From positions 1-22,489 of IMG/VR virus record IMGVR_UViG_2778261588_000007: a DNA stretch of 22,489 nucleotides, one strand, 5' to 3'. Below the pieces are notes generated by a model. It was given only the letters and a program-made list of their open reading frames with translations. It was not told the origin of the DNA and searched no databases. The stretch comes from a virus. Lineage: Duplodnaviria; Heunggongvirae; Uroviricota; Caudoviricetes. A program made the position numbers and the translations under genes. Shown one piece after another: positions 12,554 to 21,556 of the stretch (positions within the stretch are counted from its first letter, which is position 1; the number at the start of each line of letters is the position of its first letter).

Positions 12554-14397
12554 TGAAAGTAACTGCAAACGGTAAGACATTTACCTTCCCTGATGGTACG
12601 AGCACGGAAGATATTGGCACCGCCATTGATGAGTATTTTGCTGGTCAGGCTGTTCAGCAACAAACAGTTAATCAGGCCAATAATGAACCAGCACGTGAAG
12701 AACCATCATTGATGCAACAAGCTGGCGATTGGCTCACAGGTGGTCAAAGTGCAGGGCAAATTGCAGAGCAGGCTGGTCGTGGTCTGGTAAACATACCATT
12801 TGACGTATTGCAGGGTGGCGCAAGTCTGATTAATGCAATCAGTCAGGGGCTTGGTGGGCCAAAAGTATTGGATGATGTCTATCGTCCAGTCGATCGACCG
12901 ACAGACCCTTATGCGCAAGCTGGAGAAACAATTGGCGGGTATTTAGTTCCAGGAGTTGGAACGGCAGGAAGCATGGCTATTGGATCACTGGCAGAGGCCG
13001 CAAATCAGAAAGGCGATTTCGCACAAAATGCAGCTAAAAATGCCGGAGTTAACCTTGCCGCTCAGGGTGTTCTTTCCGCAGCAGCAAAGGGAATAGGGCG
13101 TGGAATAACGGCTATAAAAGGTGATATTGCGCCAGAAGTGGCGAAGAAAATAGCCACATCAGAATCGATGGGTGTGACACCAATGACATCTGATGTTATC
13201 CCGCCGAAAAATGCTTTCACTCGCGGACTTACTCAGGATGCCGAGGGGGCTTTGCTCGGGACAGGCTCAAAGCGAGCGGAGCAATATGCAACGCGTAGTA
13301 AGCTGGTAAGCAATTATTTTGACCGTTTTGGTGAGTACAACCCTGATGATGTGGTGAAATCTCTGACCACCACGTTAAGGGGACGGAAGGATGCCGCTGG
13401 CGCTGTTATCAATGACGTCACCAATAAAATGGGTAATGCCGCAGTTGATACCACAAATACCATGAATGCTCTGAATACAGCGATCGCAAGACAGGAACGG
13501 CTTGGGACGTCTGCCAATCAAAGCCTGCTTACATCCTTGCGTAACCTACGTGAAGAATTAGCAAACCCTGCAACTGATTTGGATGTTACGTTTGATCTCT
13601 TGCGCCAGCACAGAACAGCATTTAGATCTAATGTTCAGGGAGATGCTATGGTCTTCCCCAACCAGGCAAAAGCAGCTACCAATATGGTAGAGAATGCAAT
13701 GTCAAAAGACCTTCGTAACGCAGTTGCAAAAAACCTCGGTGCGTCAGACGCAGCAAAATACCTTAAAGCAAATTCCGATTATGCAAACGTTTATAATAAG
13801 GTGCTTAATAAAAACATTGCTAACAAGCTCAACAAGGCAAGCAGTGAAGCCAGTCCTGAACTTATAAATACCGTTGTATTAAGCAGAAAACCATCTGACG
13901 TGAAACGAATCTGGAGCGCATTGGATGATAAAGGGAAAGATGCTATGCGTGCAGCTTACGTCAGCAAAATAGCGGAAAAGGCCGGTGACTCTCCAGCCAA
14001 GTTCATCACTGAAGTTAATAAGCTGAAATCTCAGTCAGGTGGTGAAATTTACAACACTATTTTTTCTGGAAAGCACATGAAAGAGCTTGATTCTCTTCAT
14101 GAAGTTCTACAGCAAACAGCAAGGTCAGACACCGCAAATGTAGTAACTCAGACGGGGCAATCGCAAGCCAACAGGATAAGGACGATTGGCGCAACTGCGA
14201 CTCTTGGCGTATCAATGGGGCTTGAGGCTGGTTTCGGTGCAATGATGCGCTTGTATGAGTCCAAGGCAGCAAGGAATGCTCTCTTACGTTTGGCAAACAC
14301 CAAAGCAGGAACACCAGCCTATGAAAGAGCGCTAAATAATGCTGCAAATGCGATACGCCCTATACTTTCAAGCCAAATTACAGCAGAACAGCAATAA
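12550..14397 (+). CDS. ejection protein, P22 gp16 homolog
   Basis: 615 aa (P22 gp16 about 609 aa); ATGA overlap with gp20; last gene of the + strand late operon. Confidence 0.8.
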   Translation: MMKVTANGKTFTFPDGTSTEDIGTAIDEYFAGQAVQQQTVNQANNEPAREEPSLMQQAGDWLTGGQSAGQIAEQAGRGLVNIPFDVLQGGASLINAISQGLGGPKVLDDVYRPVDRPTDPYAQAGETIGGYLVPGVGTAGSMAIGSLAEAANQKGDFAQNAAKNAGVNLAAQGVLSAAAKGIGRGITAIKGDIAPEVAKKIATSESMGVTPMTSDVIPPKNAFTRGLTQDAEGALLGTGSKRAEQYATRSKLVSNYFDRFGEYNPDDVVKSLTTTLRGRKDAAGAVINDVTNKMGNAAVDTTNTMNALNTAIARQERLGTSANQSLLTSLRNLREELANPATDLDVTFDLLRQHRTAFRSNVQGDAMVFPNQAKAATNMVENAMSKDLRNAVAKNLGASDAAKYLKANSDYANVYNKVLNKNIANKLNKASSEASPELINTVVLSRKPSDVKRIWSALDDKGKDAMRAAYVSKIAEKAGDSPAKFITEVNKLKSQSGGEIYNTIFSGKHMKELDSLHEVLQQTARSDTANVVTQTGQSQANRIRTIGATATLGVSMGLEAGFGAMMRLYESKAARNALLRLANTKAGTPAYERALNNAANAIRPILSSQITAEQQ

Positions 14398-14411
14398 AAG
14401 ATAAGATATAA

Positions 14412-14897
14412 CTACCTGATATTACTGCTACTGTTGCATGTTACCGTGTTTCCAAATCCTGAATTGCAGTTTGTATATGTGTCAACGCGTGTTGGGTAAG
14501 GTTGAGTTATAACAGGCTGGCGCGCTTTTTGCTCGATCGCTTGCATTGTGTTTACAGCCTGATAATTCAATAAAGCCTGCTGGAATGATTGGCTTTGTGC
14601 TATTTGTTGGGCTTGTTCTTGGCTTTGTAATTGAACATAAAGATTCTGAAGCTCAAGTCTTGCCTGTGCGTCACTTATCTTGCCTTCATTGACACCTTGC
14701 CCGAGCATCTTTGCAGCAAGGACATACAGCTTAGGTGTTGGTGCTGATGCCATGCGTGAGTCGTTCTTCACACTGGCATCAAGGCAATTAGCCATATCGC
14801 TAAGCTTTTGATAGCGTTGTTCGCAACTTGCTTGATAGTCACTTACTTTTGCGCATCCAACCAGCAGAAGCGGGATAATTAACAGTGATTTTTTCAT
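14412..14897 (-). CDS. secreted lipoprotein of unknown function (candidate superinfection-exclusion factor)
   Basis: Start chosen at MKKSLLIIPLLLVGC (ATG at 14897) with AAGGAG about 9 nt upstream; lipobox L-V-G-C; mature part has a Gln-rich predicted helical segment and a C-terminal C-x9-C pair. Sits downstream of mnt on the same strand, at the position of sieA in P22. Confidence 0.7.
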   Translation of the reverse strand: MKKSLLIIPLLLVGCAKVSDYQASCEQRYQKLSDMANCLDASVKNDSRMASAPTPKLYVLAAKMLGQGVNEGKISDAQARLELQNLYVQLQSQEQAQQIAQSQSFQQALLNYQAVNTMQAIEQKARQPVITQPYPTRVDTYTNCNSGFGNTVTCNSSSNIR

Positions 14898-14967
14898 ATG
14901 GTTAACTCTCCTTAGTTTTTCACAGGATATCATGAAGGCTATGCCATTTTAGCCGGAAACTAGATTT

Positions 14968-15234
14968 CTATGTTTCCTTTTTATTATTGCTATACATGGT
15001 CTTAAGCGTTTCAAAAACCATTTTCTTAACCATATCAGATTGTTGTTCTGCCATACGCTCTGCATCGTCAATGTAAACGGATGCAGAGCTTTGTTTAGCC
15101 AATGATTCTTCAATCGCTGCAATTATCTCTGAGTTCAGCGACCTGTTATTCATCTTCGCACGCTGTTTAATTTTCGCGTGGAGTTCATGCGGAAGTCTCA
15201 AGTGAAACTGCGCCTCGTCGTATTTGCTGTACAT
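14968..15234 (-). CDS. mnt: Mnt-like ribbon-helix-helix repressor
   Basis: 88 aa from the internal ATG at 15234; FHLRLPHELHAKIKQRA..NRSLNSEII.AIEESLAK and DDAERMAEQQSDMVKKMVFETLK align with remembered P22 Mnt (83 aa) along its whole length. Confidence 0.8.
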   Translation of the reverse strand: MYSKYDEAQFHLRLPHELHAKIKQRAKMNNRSLNSEIIAAIEESLAKQSSASVYIDDAERMAEQQSDMVKKMVFETLKTMYSNNKKET

Positions 15235-15355
15235 CCTTGATGCCTCACCAGTTGGGTGGAATGGCATCGTAACCTACTGGATAAATACTCAATAGTACCA
15301 TTTCGGTATGCAATCACATCATGGTTGCATCATATCATTCGTCTGGAGCAATGAA
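15235..15355. promoter_or_regulatory. divergent intergenic region between mnt and tailspike; probable promoters and operator
   Basis: 121 bp non-coding; imperfect inverted repeats CCAGTTGG...CCTACTGG (15247-15279) and TGCAATCA...TGGTTGCA (15309-15329); tailspike RBS GGAG at 15345-15348. Confidence 0.35.
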
Positions 15356-17224
15356 ATGTCAGATATCACCGCAAACTTAGTGGTAGGGATGCCTGCGCAG
15401 CTTTTCACGCTGGCACGCTCATTTAAAGCAAATGCCAACGGTAAAATCTATCTTGGGCTACCAGATACCGACCCTACAATCCCAGCGAATCAAATCCCTG
15501 TTTATATTGAAAGTGAAACTGGAGATCTGATTCCGACTGCTCAGCCGATAGTCATTAACGCGGGTGGGTATCCTGTTTACAACGGGCAGATATCAAAGTT
15601 CGTTACTGTGCAGAATTACAGCATGGCTGTTTACGACGCCTATGGATCGCAGCAGTTCTACTTCCCTGACATTGCAAAATACGACCCAGATAAGTTAAGG
15701 CAACAGCTTGAAGGGAGCAATGGCGCTGGATTAGTTGGATTCGATAAATCAGTTGATTACGCAGATGATACGGTTGGGGGTACGCTAAAAAATGTTATAT
15801 TCGTCAATCCTGATATGTATACAACATTACAGGATGCGATTGATTATGCCGCATCTTTAACCGGGCTAGAGCACTCCCCAAGCACTGCTGCTGGTCATCC
15901 AGACTGGATACAACCAAATACTGTATGCAAAGTTGTCAGATTAAATGGAAAGAAATACCCCATAAACACAACATTACATGTTTACGGTGATGTAAGCATA
16001 GATGCAGAATTTGGAGGGGTATATCTCACGGATGACTTCATAGCGGATTCTTCTGGGTATGCTGTTAAATGCGATAAAGGAACAGGTAATCAATACGCTG
16101 GGCACATTAGCAATCTTTTAATTGACGCCCGCGCAAAGACTGTTAATGGATTTAAAATATCTGATGGTTATGCCAACAAGTTAGATGGTATTTACGTAGC
16201 CAACGTTGATGGTCATGGCATTCATATCGCTGGCGGCATGGGTGTTCATCTCATGAAGTTTTACGCGGTAGGTGTATTAAAACCTACGAACCCCCTAAGT
16301 CAAGCCCATATTATTGAAGGCAGCGACCATCAGGTAAGCATGGGTGAAGGTCGTTATTTCCGATTTGGGACGTGGGTGAGGGGTGGCGGTAACAATCGTA
16401 TCGATAAAGTACATAACTGGGGTATGTATGACGACTCGGTAGCTGACCAAAACTCAAGAATGAAGTGTTGCTTTGTTGTGCAAAACTCGATAAACAACTC
16501 ATTCAACCAATGCTTTGCAGACTCTCCGTCAAAATGGGACTACACGAAGGCTAATTTAGATTCGGTAGATGGTTATATTAACGGCGGTATTGGTTTCTTT
16601 GTCGATTCGGGAGCATCGGGTAATACGTTTTCTCAATGTCAGACATTCGTGAATATGAATGCATTCAATGCTGCGGGACTGTCTTCTTACACTGCATCAT
16701 TAATGCCGTTTGCCGTTGGTAGCGTTAACTGCTCATTTGTTGAGTGTGGAAACTCAAACTCACCAGCATGGACAGCAAGGTTGATAAACCATATTTACTC
16801 TATAGACCAGTCGTTTACAAACATCCTGGCAGCTAAGAACTTTGTTGGGATAGAGTACGATATGTTTAGCAATAGCACAATTTTTAGGAGAAGCGTAGGT
16901 GTTCCCCTGCTTGTAGCGTCTCCGAAATTTGACACCCCCGGTGCATCGTATGCGCCTGACTTTTCTAATGCAGCGTATGTGTCAGCAACGGTAACTGGCG
17001 ATGTAACAATAACCCCAGCAGCATTGTCAAATGCGTTAACTGGGTATGTAGAAGTTACATTAGCTGTTTATTCGGCGGCATCAAAAACAATAACATTCGG
17101 GTCTAACGTTAAACTTGCATCAAATACACCGTCGCTTTCATTTTCAGGAACGCAGGTATTTAGGCTTTCAACAATAAACGGCGGCACTCAATGGTTTTGC
17201 AGACTTATTGCTAACTACACATAA
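15356..17224 (+). CDS. tailspike protein: P22 gp9-like head-binding N-terminal domain fused to a divergent receptor-binding domain
   Basis: Start at ATG 15356 ([43 protein letters not shown]), 622 aa. The first ~115 residues match P22/Sf6 tailspike N-termini; the remainder has no P22 similarity I can recognise. Confidence 0.9.
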   Translation: MSDITANLVVGMPAQLFTLARSFKANANGKIYLGLPDTDPTIPANQIPVYIESETGDLIPTAQPIVINAGGYPVYNGQISKFVTVQNYSMAVYDAYGSQQFYFPDIAKYDPDKLRQQLEGSNGAGLVGFDKSVDYADDTVGGTLKNVIFVNPDMYTTLQDAIDYAASLTGLEHSPSTAAGHPDWIQPNTVCKVVRLNGKKYPINTTLHVYGDVSIDAEFGGVYLTDDFIADSSGYAVKCDKGTGNQYAGHISNLLIDARAKTVNGFKISDGYANKLDGIYVANVDGHGIHIAGGMGVHLMKFYAVGVLKPTNPLSQAHIIEGSDHQVSMGEGRYFRFGTWVRGGGNNRIDKVHNWGMYDDSVADQNSRMKCCFVVQNSINNSFNQCFADSPSKWDYTKANLDSVDGYINGGIGFFVDSGASGNTFSQCQTFVNMNAFNAAGLSSYTASLMPFAVGSVNCSFVECGNSNSPAWTARLINHIYSIDQSFTNILAAKNFVGIEYDMFSNSTIFRRSVGVPLLVASPKFDTPGASYAPDFSNAAYVSATVTGDVTITPAALSNALTGYVEVTLAVYSAASKTITFGSNVKLASNTPSLSFSGTQVFRLSTINGGTQWFCRLIANYT

Positions 17225-17253
17225 AAAATGGCCCGATGTTTTGGGCCTTTTTT
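17223..17253. terminator. bidirectional intrinsic terminator between the convergent tailspike and gtr operon
   Basis: AAAAAA - GGCCC..(8 nt loop)..GGGCC - TTTTTT, lying between the tailspike stop (17224) and the 3' end of the type-specific gtr gene (17258). Confidence 0.7.
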
Positions 17254-17257
17254 AATT

Positions 17258-18685
17258 TTAACAAACTCTATCGCCATACACGACGATAATATCTTCACCA
17301 ATTTTAAATACATTATAATATCTTGTTTTTATTATTGGTGATGATTTTTTTTCACAAACCTCATTTAACTTGTTAACTTGTACTGTTTTTATCCATGGTG
17401 CCAAATTCTTAACACTTAATTGCTGCATCATTGATACAGCAATCCATGGTACAGCAGGGCTATACACAAATTTGAGGAACGGTGTTGCCTCAATCATTTT
17501 CCAAGTAATAGGAGAGTCGTATATCCTTCCATAAGTGTATACCTCGCCGTTAAAGTCAAGCCTTCCCAAATCATTAGCCACCATCTCCATGACAAATTCC
17601 TCATATTTCCTTTGCTCTTTTATGGCATTTGAAAATTGGAATGAAGTGGTTATGGTGATAAACAACATTACTACAGAAATAAAATAAAAAGATTTTTTTC
17701 CGAATAATTTATATATGGAAAAAATAACTATCGCTATGGATGCTGACGCGCCTGATAGAACCCTTATATCTGTAATCCCTTCCTTTAATAAAAATGCTGG
17801 TCCAGGCAATGCTAATAATAGCGCTAATGGTGATAATAAATTGGATGAGCACTCTAAAAACCCTAGGGATAACTGATGTTTGACCTTTTTAACATAACAA
17901 ACAAAATAGGATAACAATCCAATGTAAACAGGAATCAAAAAAGATATCCCAATGGGTTCTATATATTTAAAAGTCTTATTAATAGATTCATAAAGAGATG
18001 ATGGTATGTCTGCGAATGACACCATTATAGATCTATTGTCAGCACCATATTTCATTATATAAAACATAGTGACATAATATAATGCATATGTTACTACGAA
18101 TGTCAGTGCAAGATGATATGATTTGTTTTTCCCATTACCAAATAAAGCATTGTATGCAATTAATGATATAAATATGTTTGCGCAAGGCTGGTATAAGCTT
18201 AAGCATGAAAATAAAGAAACAATGGATAATAATGACTTTGGAAATGATCTAATGTCAAATACAAAGAATGACAGCATACATAATGAATTTGCTAAAATCA
18301 TCGTTAATGCGTCAAATTGAAAAGACACGTTTTGTATAAACAATGGACTCACAAAAATGATTGTGAGCATAATGGATATCTGCAGAGAGTCTTCTTTTTC
18401 AACAAGATAATTACAAATATAATAAATTATTGCTGATGCAATGAATATACCAAAGAACAACGGAAGAGGAGCAGCGCTTGGTAATAAATCAAAATTAAGA
18501 GAAAAAATATGCATTACAAAATCAGAAAGTGGCCTACCAAGCCCTCCCCATGCAGAAAATGAATATACAGACCTTGCCACATCATCCCTATAAAGGACAT
18601 CAGCAGACACTATTGGGTAACAAAATATAAATATAATTGATAATGGTATGTAAAAATATTTAGAATTAAACATTCCTATTTTCAC
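17258..18685 (-). CDS. type-specific O-antigen glucosyltransferase (GtrC / Gtr-type), polytopic membrane protein
   Basis: 475 aa, many predicted TM helices, strongly AT-rich coding sequence; start overlaps the gtrB stop; third gene of a gtrA-gtrB-gtr(type) operon. Confidence 0.8.
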   Translation of the reverse strand: MKIGMFNSKYFYIPLSIIFIFCYPIVSADVLYRDDVARSVYSFSAWGGLGRPLSDFVMHIFSLNFDLLPSAAPLPLFFGIFIASAIIYYICNYLVEKEDSLQISIMLTIIFVSPLFIQNVSFQFDALTMILANSLCMLSFFVFDIRSFPKSLLSIVSLFSCLSLYQPCANIFISLIAYNALFGNGKNKSYHLALTFVVTYALYYVTMFYIMKYGADNRSIMVSFADIPSSLYESINKTFKYIEPIGISFLIPVYIGLLSYFVCYVKKVKHQLSLGFLECSSNLLSPLALLLALPGPAFLLKEGITDIRVLSGASASIAIVIFSIYKLFGKKSFYFISVVMLFITITTSFQFSNAIKEQRKYEEFVMEMVANDLGRLDFNGEVYTYGRIYDSPITWKMIEATPFLKFVYSPAVPWIAVSMMQQLSVKNLAPWIKTVQVNKLNEVCEKKSSPIIKTRYYNVFKIGEDIIVVYGDRVC

Positions 18686-19595
18686 CTTTCTTTAGTATGT
18701 ACTTTGGTCTTTTTTTGGTTTCTATGTATATGCGTCCAATGTATTCACCAAGGACACCAATCCCAATCAATTGAATGCCGCCAAGGAAAAGTATGGAAAC
18801 CAACAGTGACGGGTATCCAGGAACACTATTACCGAAAAGAATCTTATCTAAAATCATCCACGCGCCATAAATGAATGACAGGCTGGCGACAGCAAGTCCG
18901 ATGTATGTCCACATGCGCAATGGGAAAGTTGAGAAGCTTGTTATGCCTTCCAGTGCCAGATTCCATAGCTTCCACCCATTGAATTTTGAGTTGCCGGCAA
19001 CGCGTTCAGCTCTTGCATACTCAACAACATCAATTTTACCGCCAACCCATGACAAGACGCCTTTCATGAAAAGATTGCGCTCAGGAAGCAATTTAATGTT
19101 TTCAACAACTTCTCGCGACATCAGGCGAAAATCACCCACGTTCTCTTCGATTTTTGGGTTGCTAATCTTGTTGTGTAGCTTATAGAACCACTCAGCCGAT
19201 TTGCGCTTTAGCCTTCCATCGGTAGATCGGTCTGTTCTCTTAGCCAGAACCATATCAGCGCCATCCTGCCATTTTTGAATGAGGTGAGGGATGACATTGA
19301 TAGGGTCTTGCAGATCAACATCAATTGGAATGACCGCTTCCCCGGTTGCATTATCAAGCCCTGCAAACAGGGCTGGTTCTTTACCAAAGTTTCGTGTAAA
19401 TGACAGCGGAACAACTAGAGGATCTGAAACGGACAGAGCGTTAATGATTGACTCCGTAGCGTCTTTGCTACCATCATTTATAAAAACAATTTCCACTTCA
19501 TATGGCTTCAACTCTTCGAATTCACGTACCGTTTTATAAAAAATAGGTATCGCTTCCTCTTCGTTGAAGACAGGAACGACCAGAGATATCTTCAT
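18666..19595 (-). CDS. gtrB: bactoprenol glucosyltransferase GtrB (GT2 family)
   Basis: 309 aa; N-terminal GT-A fold signatures ([25 protein letters not shown]) and two C-terminal TM helices; high similarity to remembered GtrB/YfdH. Confidence 0.9.
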   Translation of the reverse strand: MKISLVVPVFNEEEAIPIFYKTVREFEELKPYEVEIVFINDGSKDATESIINALSVSDPLVVPLSFTRNFGKEPALFAGLDNATGEAVIPIDVDLQDPINVIPHLIQKWQDGADMVLAKRTDRSTDGRLKRKSAEWFYKLHNKISNPKIEENVGDFRLMSREVVENIKLLPERNLFMKGVLSWVGGKIDVVEYARAERVAGNSKFNGWKLWNLALEGITSFSTFPLRMWTYIGLAVASLSFIYGAWMILDKILFGNSVPGYPSLLVSILFLGGIQLIGIGVLGEYIGRIYIETKKRPKYILKKGENRNV

Positions 19596-19954
19596 TTCGC
19601 ATCCCTAAAGACAATGAACTTTGAATAGACGAAACCGCACACTAGGCTGATGGCGGAGAAGGTGACAAGAGTGACAATTGGAGGAAGTGCACATTTATCG
19701 GCAGCCCATCCAACAGTAGCACTCAGTGTTCCCATGAATCCTACATATAACATGTAGCGCATCGTTGTAGTCGAAGCTTTGAATGTGAATTTTGCATTCG
19801 CGAAGAAGCTAAAGCTCACAGCCACAACGAAACCTGCGAAGTTTGCAAGAGCCTGATTGGTGTGCGCGGCATAGATACATACACCAAAAACCACCCAATG
19901 TATAAGTGTGTTCAGCACACCAATCGAGGTGTACTTTGCAAATAGCTTTAACAT
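19592..19954 (-). CDS. gtrA: GtrA flippase-like small membrane protein
   Basis: 120 aa, four predicted TM segments; [20 protein letters not shown]... matches GtrA/YfdG; ATGA overlap with gtrB. Confidence 0.9.
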   Translation of the reverse strand: MLKLFAKYTSIGVLNTLIHWVVFGVCIYAAHTNQALANFAGFVVAVSFSFFANAKFTFKASTTTMRYMLYVGFMGTLSATVGWAADKCALPPIVTLVTFSAISLVCGFVYSKFIVFRDAK

Positions 19955-20100
19955 TTCTTCTATCAGCTAATAATCAAAGGCATGAAGTCTATCATCCAAG
20001 CATCAATCGATCGATGACTTGCTGTGGTTGATGAGACAAAACTGAGATACACAAGGCTTTGTGACATTCGATAGTGGTTAAGGTCGATCACTCCACCTTT
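19955..20100 (-). promoter_or_regulatory. gtr operon promoter region, overlapping the 3' end of int; contains GATC sites and ATAG/TCGAT motifs
   Basis: GATC at 20009-20012 and 20086-20089; repeated TCGAT/ATAG-containing motifs (ATCGATCGATGA, TTCGATAGTGG, GGTCGATCACTCC). Confidence 0.35.
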
Positions 20101-21245
20101 TCATCAAGCCAGTCCGCCCACCACTGCATCATTTCTCTGCGCTTATCGAGATACTGAGCATGGTTGTAAATCCCACGCACAGATCCGCCGTTGGCATGTG
20201 CCAGTTGCACTTCAATAGCATCAGCAGGCCATTCGTGCTCGTTCATAATCGTGCTGAATTCATGCCTGAATCCGTGACCGCTTTCCAGACCCTCATAGCC
20301 GATTTGTTTGATCACAAGCAGTACCGCGTTCTCGCAGATTGGCTTCTTCTTATCGTTGCGCCCGGCAAAAACAAACTCTGATACTGGTTTGGTGATTGAG
20401 CTTAGCGTAGTGAGAAGTTCAACCACCTGGTCTGACATAGGAACCACATGAATTTTGCGTCCTTTCATCACACTGGCGTCGATGGTGATAATCCTGTTTT
20501 CAAAATCGACGTTCTTCCATAGCATGGAACGAAGCTCTTTCGTTCTTAGGGCTGTGTAGCGTAAAACTTTGGTCGCAATGAGCGATACGATACTTCCTGA
20601 AAATGTTGCCAGTGCTTTGTTGAATGCAGGGATCTGGTCTGCAGGAAGAAACGGGAAGTTCTTCTTGCGGTATCCCTTCATGGCGTCAGCAAGGTCAGGT
20701 GCCGGGTTATATTTAGCCCTACCAGTGACAATAGCGTAACGGAAAACCTCGCCGCATCTTCTGCGGGCTTTGTTGGCTCGCTCCATTGCACCGCGATCTT
20801 CAAATCTGCGGATTACTTCCAACAGTTGCATCGGCTCAATATCCTGAATCTCAAGACCGCCGATGATGGGTAAAATGTCGTCATCAAACATTTTGGCAAG
20901 TTCAGTTGCATAGCCTACTGACCAGACTTGCTTCTTGTGCTCGTACCATTCCTTGTAAATCGCACTAAAGGAATTGTTGTTAGACGAAGCCTTTTTCGCC
21001 TTTACCGGATCGATGCCAACCGAGATGTCTTTCCTCGCAGTCCATGCTTTATCCCTTGCCTCTTGCAAAGTCATAAGCGGATATTTTCCGACGGTCAGGA
21101 TTTTCTCCTTACCGTCAATCTTGTAGCGAAGCTGCCATACCTTTTTCCCGGATACAGGGACATAAAGGTACAGGCCATTACCATCGAGAAGGCGGTATGG
21201 TTTTTCTTTCGGCCTTGCTGCTTCAATCTGCTTAACGGTGAGCAT
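20088..21245 (-). CDS. int: tyrosine recombinase / prophage integrase (argW-associated, IntS-like)
   Basis: Start chosen at MLTVKQIEAARPKEK (ATG at 21245), 385 aa; C-terminal catalytic region GHGFRHEF...LAHANGGSVRGIYNHAQY (His-x-x-Arg and Tyr nucleophile); lies directly beside a tRNA gene. Confidence 0.9.
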   Translation of the reverse strand: MLTVKQIEAARPKEKPYRLLDGNGLYLYVPVSGKKVWQLRYKIDGKEKILTVGKYPLMTLQEARDKAWTARKDISVGIDPVKAKKASSNNNSFSAIYKEWYEHKKQVWSVGYATELAKMFDDDILPIIGGLEIQDIEPMQLLEVIRRFEDRGAMERANKARRRCGEVFRYAIVTGRAKYNPAPDLADAMKGYRKKNFPFLPADQIPAFNKALATFSGSIVSLIATKVLRYTALRTKELRSMLWKNVDFENRIITIDASVMKGRKIHVVPMSDQVVELLTTLSSITKPVSEFVFAGRNDKKKPICENAVLLVIKQIGYEGLESGHGFRHEFSTIMNEHEWPADAIEVQLAHANGGSVRGIYNHAQYLDKRREMMQWWADWLDEKVE

Positions 21246-21406
21246 GGGTAAAAATCCGGTGGGTAAAATTATTTTATCCACTTTTTACCCGTCATGGAGT
21301 GCGGCTGTCAACGATCTGACGCGAACCATTACGAACTGTTAATCTACGGAAGGCTTGATATTCAGGGGATTTTGCGGACTGGTACGGATGGGAGCGAACT
21401 GATAAA

Positions 21407-21481
21407 TGGTGTCCCCTGCAGGAATCGAACCTGCAATTAGCCCTTAGGAGGGGCTCGTTATATCCATTTAACTAAGAGGAC
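21407..21481 (-). tRNA. argW: tRNA-Arg (anticodon CCU), argW
   Basis: 75 nt on the minus strand: GTCCTCT acceptor stem, anticodon arm AGCCC-CTCCTAA-GGGCT (anticodon CCU), T arm GCAGG-TTCGATT-CCTGC, 3' CCA encoded. Folded by eye into a cloverleaf. Confidence 0.9.
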
Positions 21482-21556
21482 AATGCGGCATGAGTATACC
21501 CGCTAATGGACTGCGGGGTAAGTACGCTGCCGCTCGATTGCTTAAACCCTCGCCAT

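Noticed and set aside
10385-14397. Low-complexity Gly/Ala/Gln-rich stretches in the ejection proteins and portal C-terminus as possible non-coding repeats
   Set aside because: They lie in-frame within conserved P22-like proteins that are known to contain such low-complexity segments.
15308-15355. Upstream in-frame ATG at 15308 extending the tailspike by 16 codons ([16 protein letters not shown])
   Set aside because: No RBS, and the extension lacks homology; the conserved P22-like N-terminus MSDITAN begins at 15356 with GGAG 7 nt upstream.
18871-19539. + strand ORFs (104 aa and 82 aa) antisense to gtrB
   Set aside because: Antisense to a strongly supported GT2 glycosyltransferase gene; no start signals.
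21246-21281. Longer integrase start at 21281 (MDKIILPTGFLP)
   Set aside because: The conserved integrase N-terminus MLTVKQIEAARPK begins at 21245; the 12-codon extension is not conserved in what I recall of this integrase family. Uncertain, so it is only a start-site choice.
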